From an uncultured Rhodobacteraceae bacterium (GTDB lineage Bacteria > Pseudomonadota > Alphaproteobacteria > Rhodobacterales > Rhodobacteraceae), in contig CANMIX010000013.1 in the NCBI GenBank assembly GCA_947497985.1, positions 23,641-87,640 on the forward strand: a stretch of 64,000 bases of DNA. Reading direction: 5' to 3'. The first letter of the stretch is position 1; each line of letters begins with the position of its first letter. The notes beneath the pieces were generated by a model, which was not told where the DNA came from, ran no database searches, and was given only the letters and a program-made list of their open reading frames with translations. Both the position numbers and the translations under genes were made by a program. Positions 63,509 through 64,000 of this stretch are shown here, piece by piece.

Positions 63509-64000
63509 ATGAGCGAGTTATTCATGGCCCCGGATGGGGAGCCGCGTTGCAAATGGGCGGGCAGCGCGCCGGACTTTCTGCACTATCACGACACGGAATG
63601 GGGCTATCCCGTGGGGGACGATACCCGTTTGTTTGAGAAAGTCTGCCTTGAGAGTTTCCAGTCCGGCCTTAGCTGGCGCACGATCTTGGACAAGCGCGAG
63701 AACTTTCGCGCAGCCTTTGCGGGATTTGATTATCGTAAAGTCGCGGAATTTGGCGACGAAGATGTAGCGCGCCTTTTGCAGGACGCGGGCATTGTACGGC
63801 ATCGGGGAAAAATCACGGCAGTGATCAACAACGCGGCCCGCGCGATTGAACTTGAGGCAGAGGCCGGCACATTGGCTGCCTTCTTCTGGTCCTTTGAACC
63901 AGATCCTGAAACCTTGCCGCCGCCGCAAACTCAGACAACCAGCCCCGAATCCACCGCCCTTTCAAAAGCGCTCAAGAAACGGGGATGGAAATTTGTGGGC
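63509..64000 (+). CDS. tag: DNA-3-methyladenine glycosylase I, C-terminally truncated by the window edge
   Basis: Stop-free frame from ATG 63509. YHDTEWGYPV, LFEKVCLESFQSGLSW and GIVRHRGKI motifs. Confidence 0.85.
   Translation, partial: MSELFMAPDGEPRCKWAGSAPDFLHYHDTEWGYPVGDDTRLFEKVCLESFQSGLSWRTILDKRENFRAAFAGFDYRKVAEFGDEDVARLLQDAGIVRHRGKITAVINNAARAIELEAEAGTLAAFFWSFEPDPETLPPPQTQTTSPESTALSKALKKRGWKFVG

Noticed and set aside
1-64000. CRISPR arrays, rRNA genes, IS elements or transposases
   Set aside because: No regularly spaced short repeats, no rRNA-like sequence and no transposase-like ORF were seen. The only long direct repeat is the att pair.

Overview
High-GC alphaproteobacterial (Rhodobacteraceae-like) chromosome segment. 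Its first ~47.5 kb are an integrative conjugative element (ICE) inserted in the 3-prime end of tRNA-Cys(GCA). The intact tRNA lies at 47849-47922 (minus strand). A perfect 47-nt copy of its 3-prime part lies at 361-407, and the repeat extends to 63 nt with 2 mismatches. A tyrosine integrase sits at the tRNA-proximal end.

ICE backbone: ardC plus three small overlapping ORFs, a heavily structured oriT candidate, mobC, relaxase, virD4/traG, and a complete minus-strand virB1-virB11-type T4SS operon.

Cargo:
(1) An ~11-kb immunity arm next to attL. It holds hipBA, a translationally coupled four-gene operon (MmeI/YeeA-like N6A methyltransferase, 2-TM protein, DExH helicase, T5orf172/GIY-YIG protein) and a solitary Abi/UG-like reverse transcriptase.
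(2) A 5.4-kb AT-richer insertion between the convergent virD4 and virB6. It holds an Mrr-nuclease/P-loop STAND-like protein followed by a Rad50-hook (CxxC) ABC ATPase with an RloC/PrrC-like HEPN-type tail.
(3) Metal-resistance blocks: a mer-like transport module without merA, a MerR-controlled CDF operon, and a copper block with multicopper oxidase, copCD and cytochromes c.

Right of the ICE are ordinary housekeeping genes, including tRNA-Gly, an ABC exporter, acyl-CoA synthetase, dtd, telA-like, rluB, tadA and tag. No CRISPR array, rRNA or IS transposase was seen.

The most interesting candidates are the two multi-gene defence-like modules, the solo RT, and a 20-nt operator shared by the oriT/mobC and virB promoter regions. 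All family calls are made by eye from motifs and need HMM or structure confirmation.
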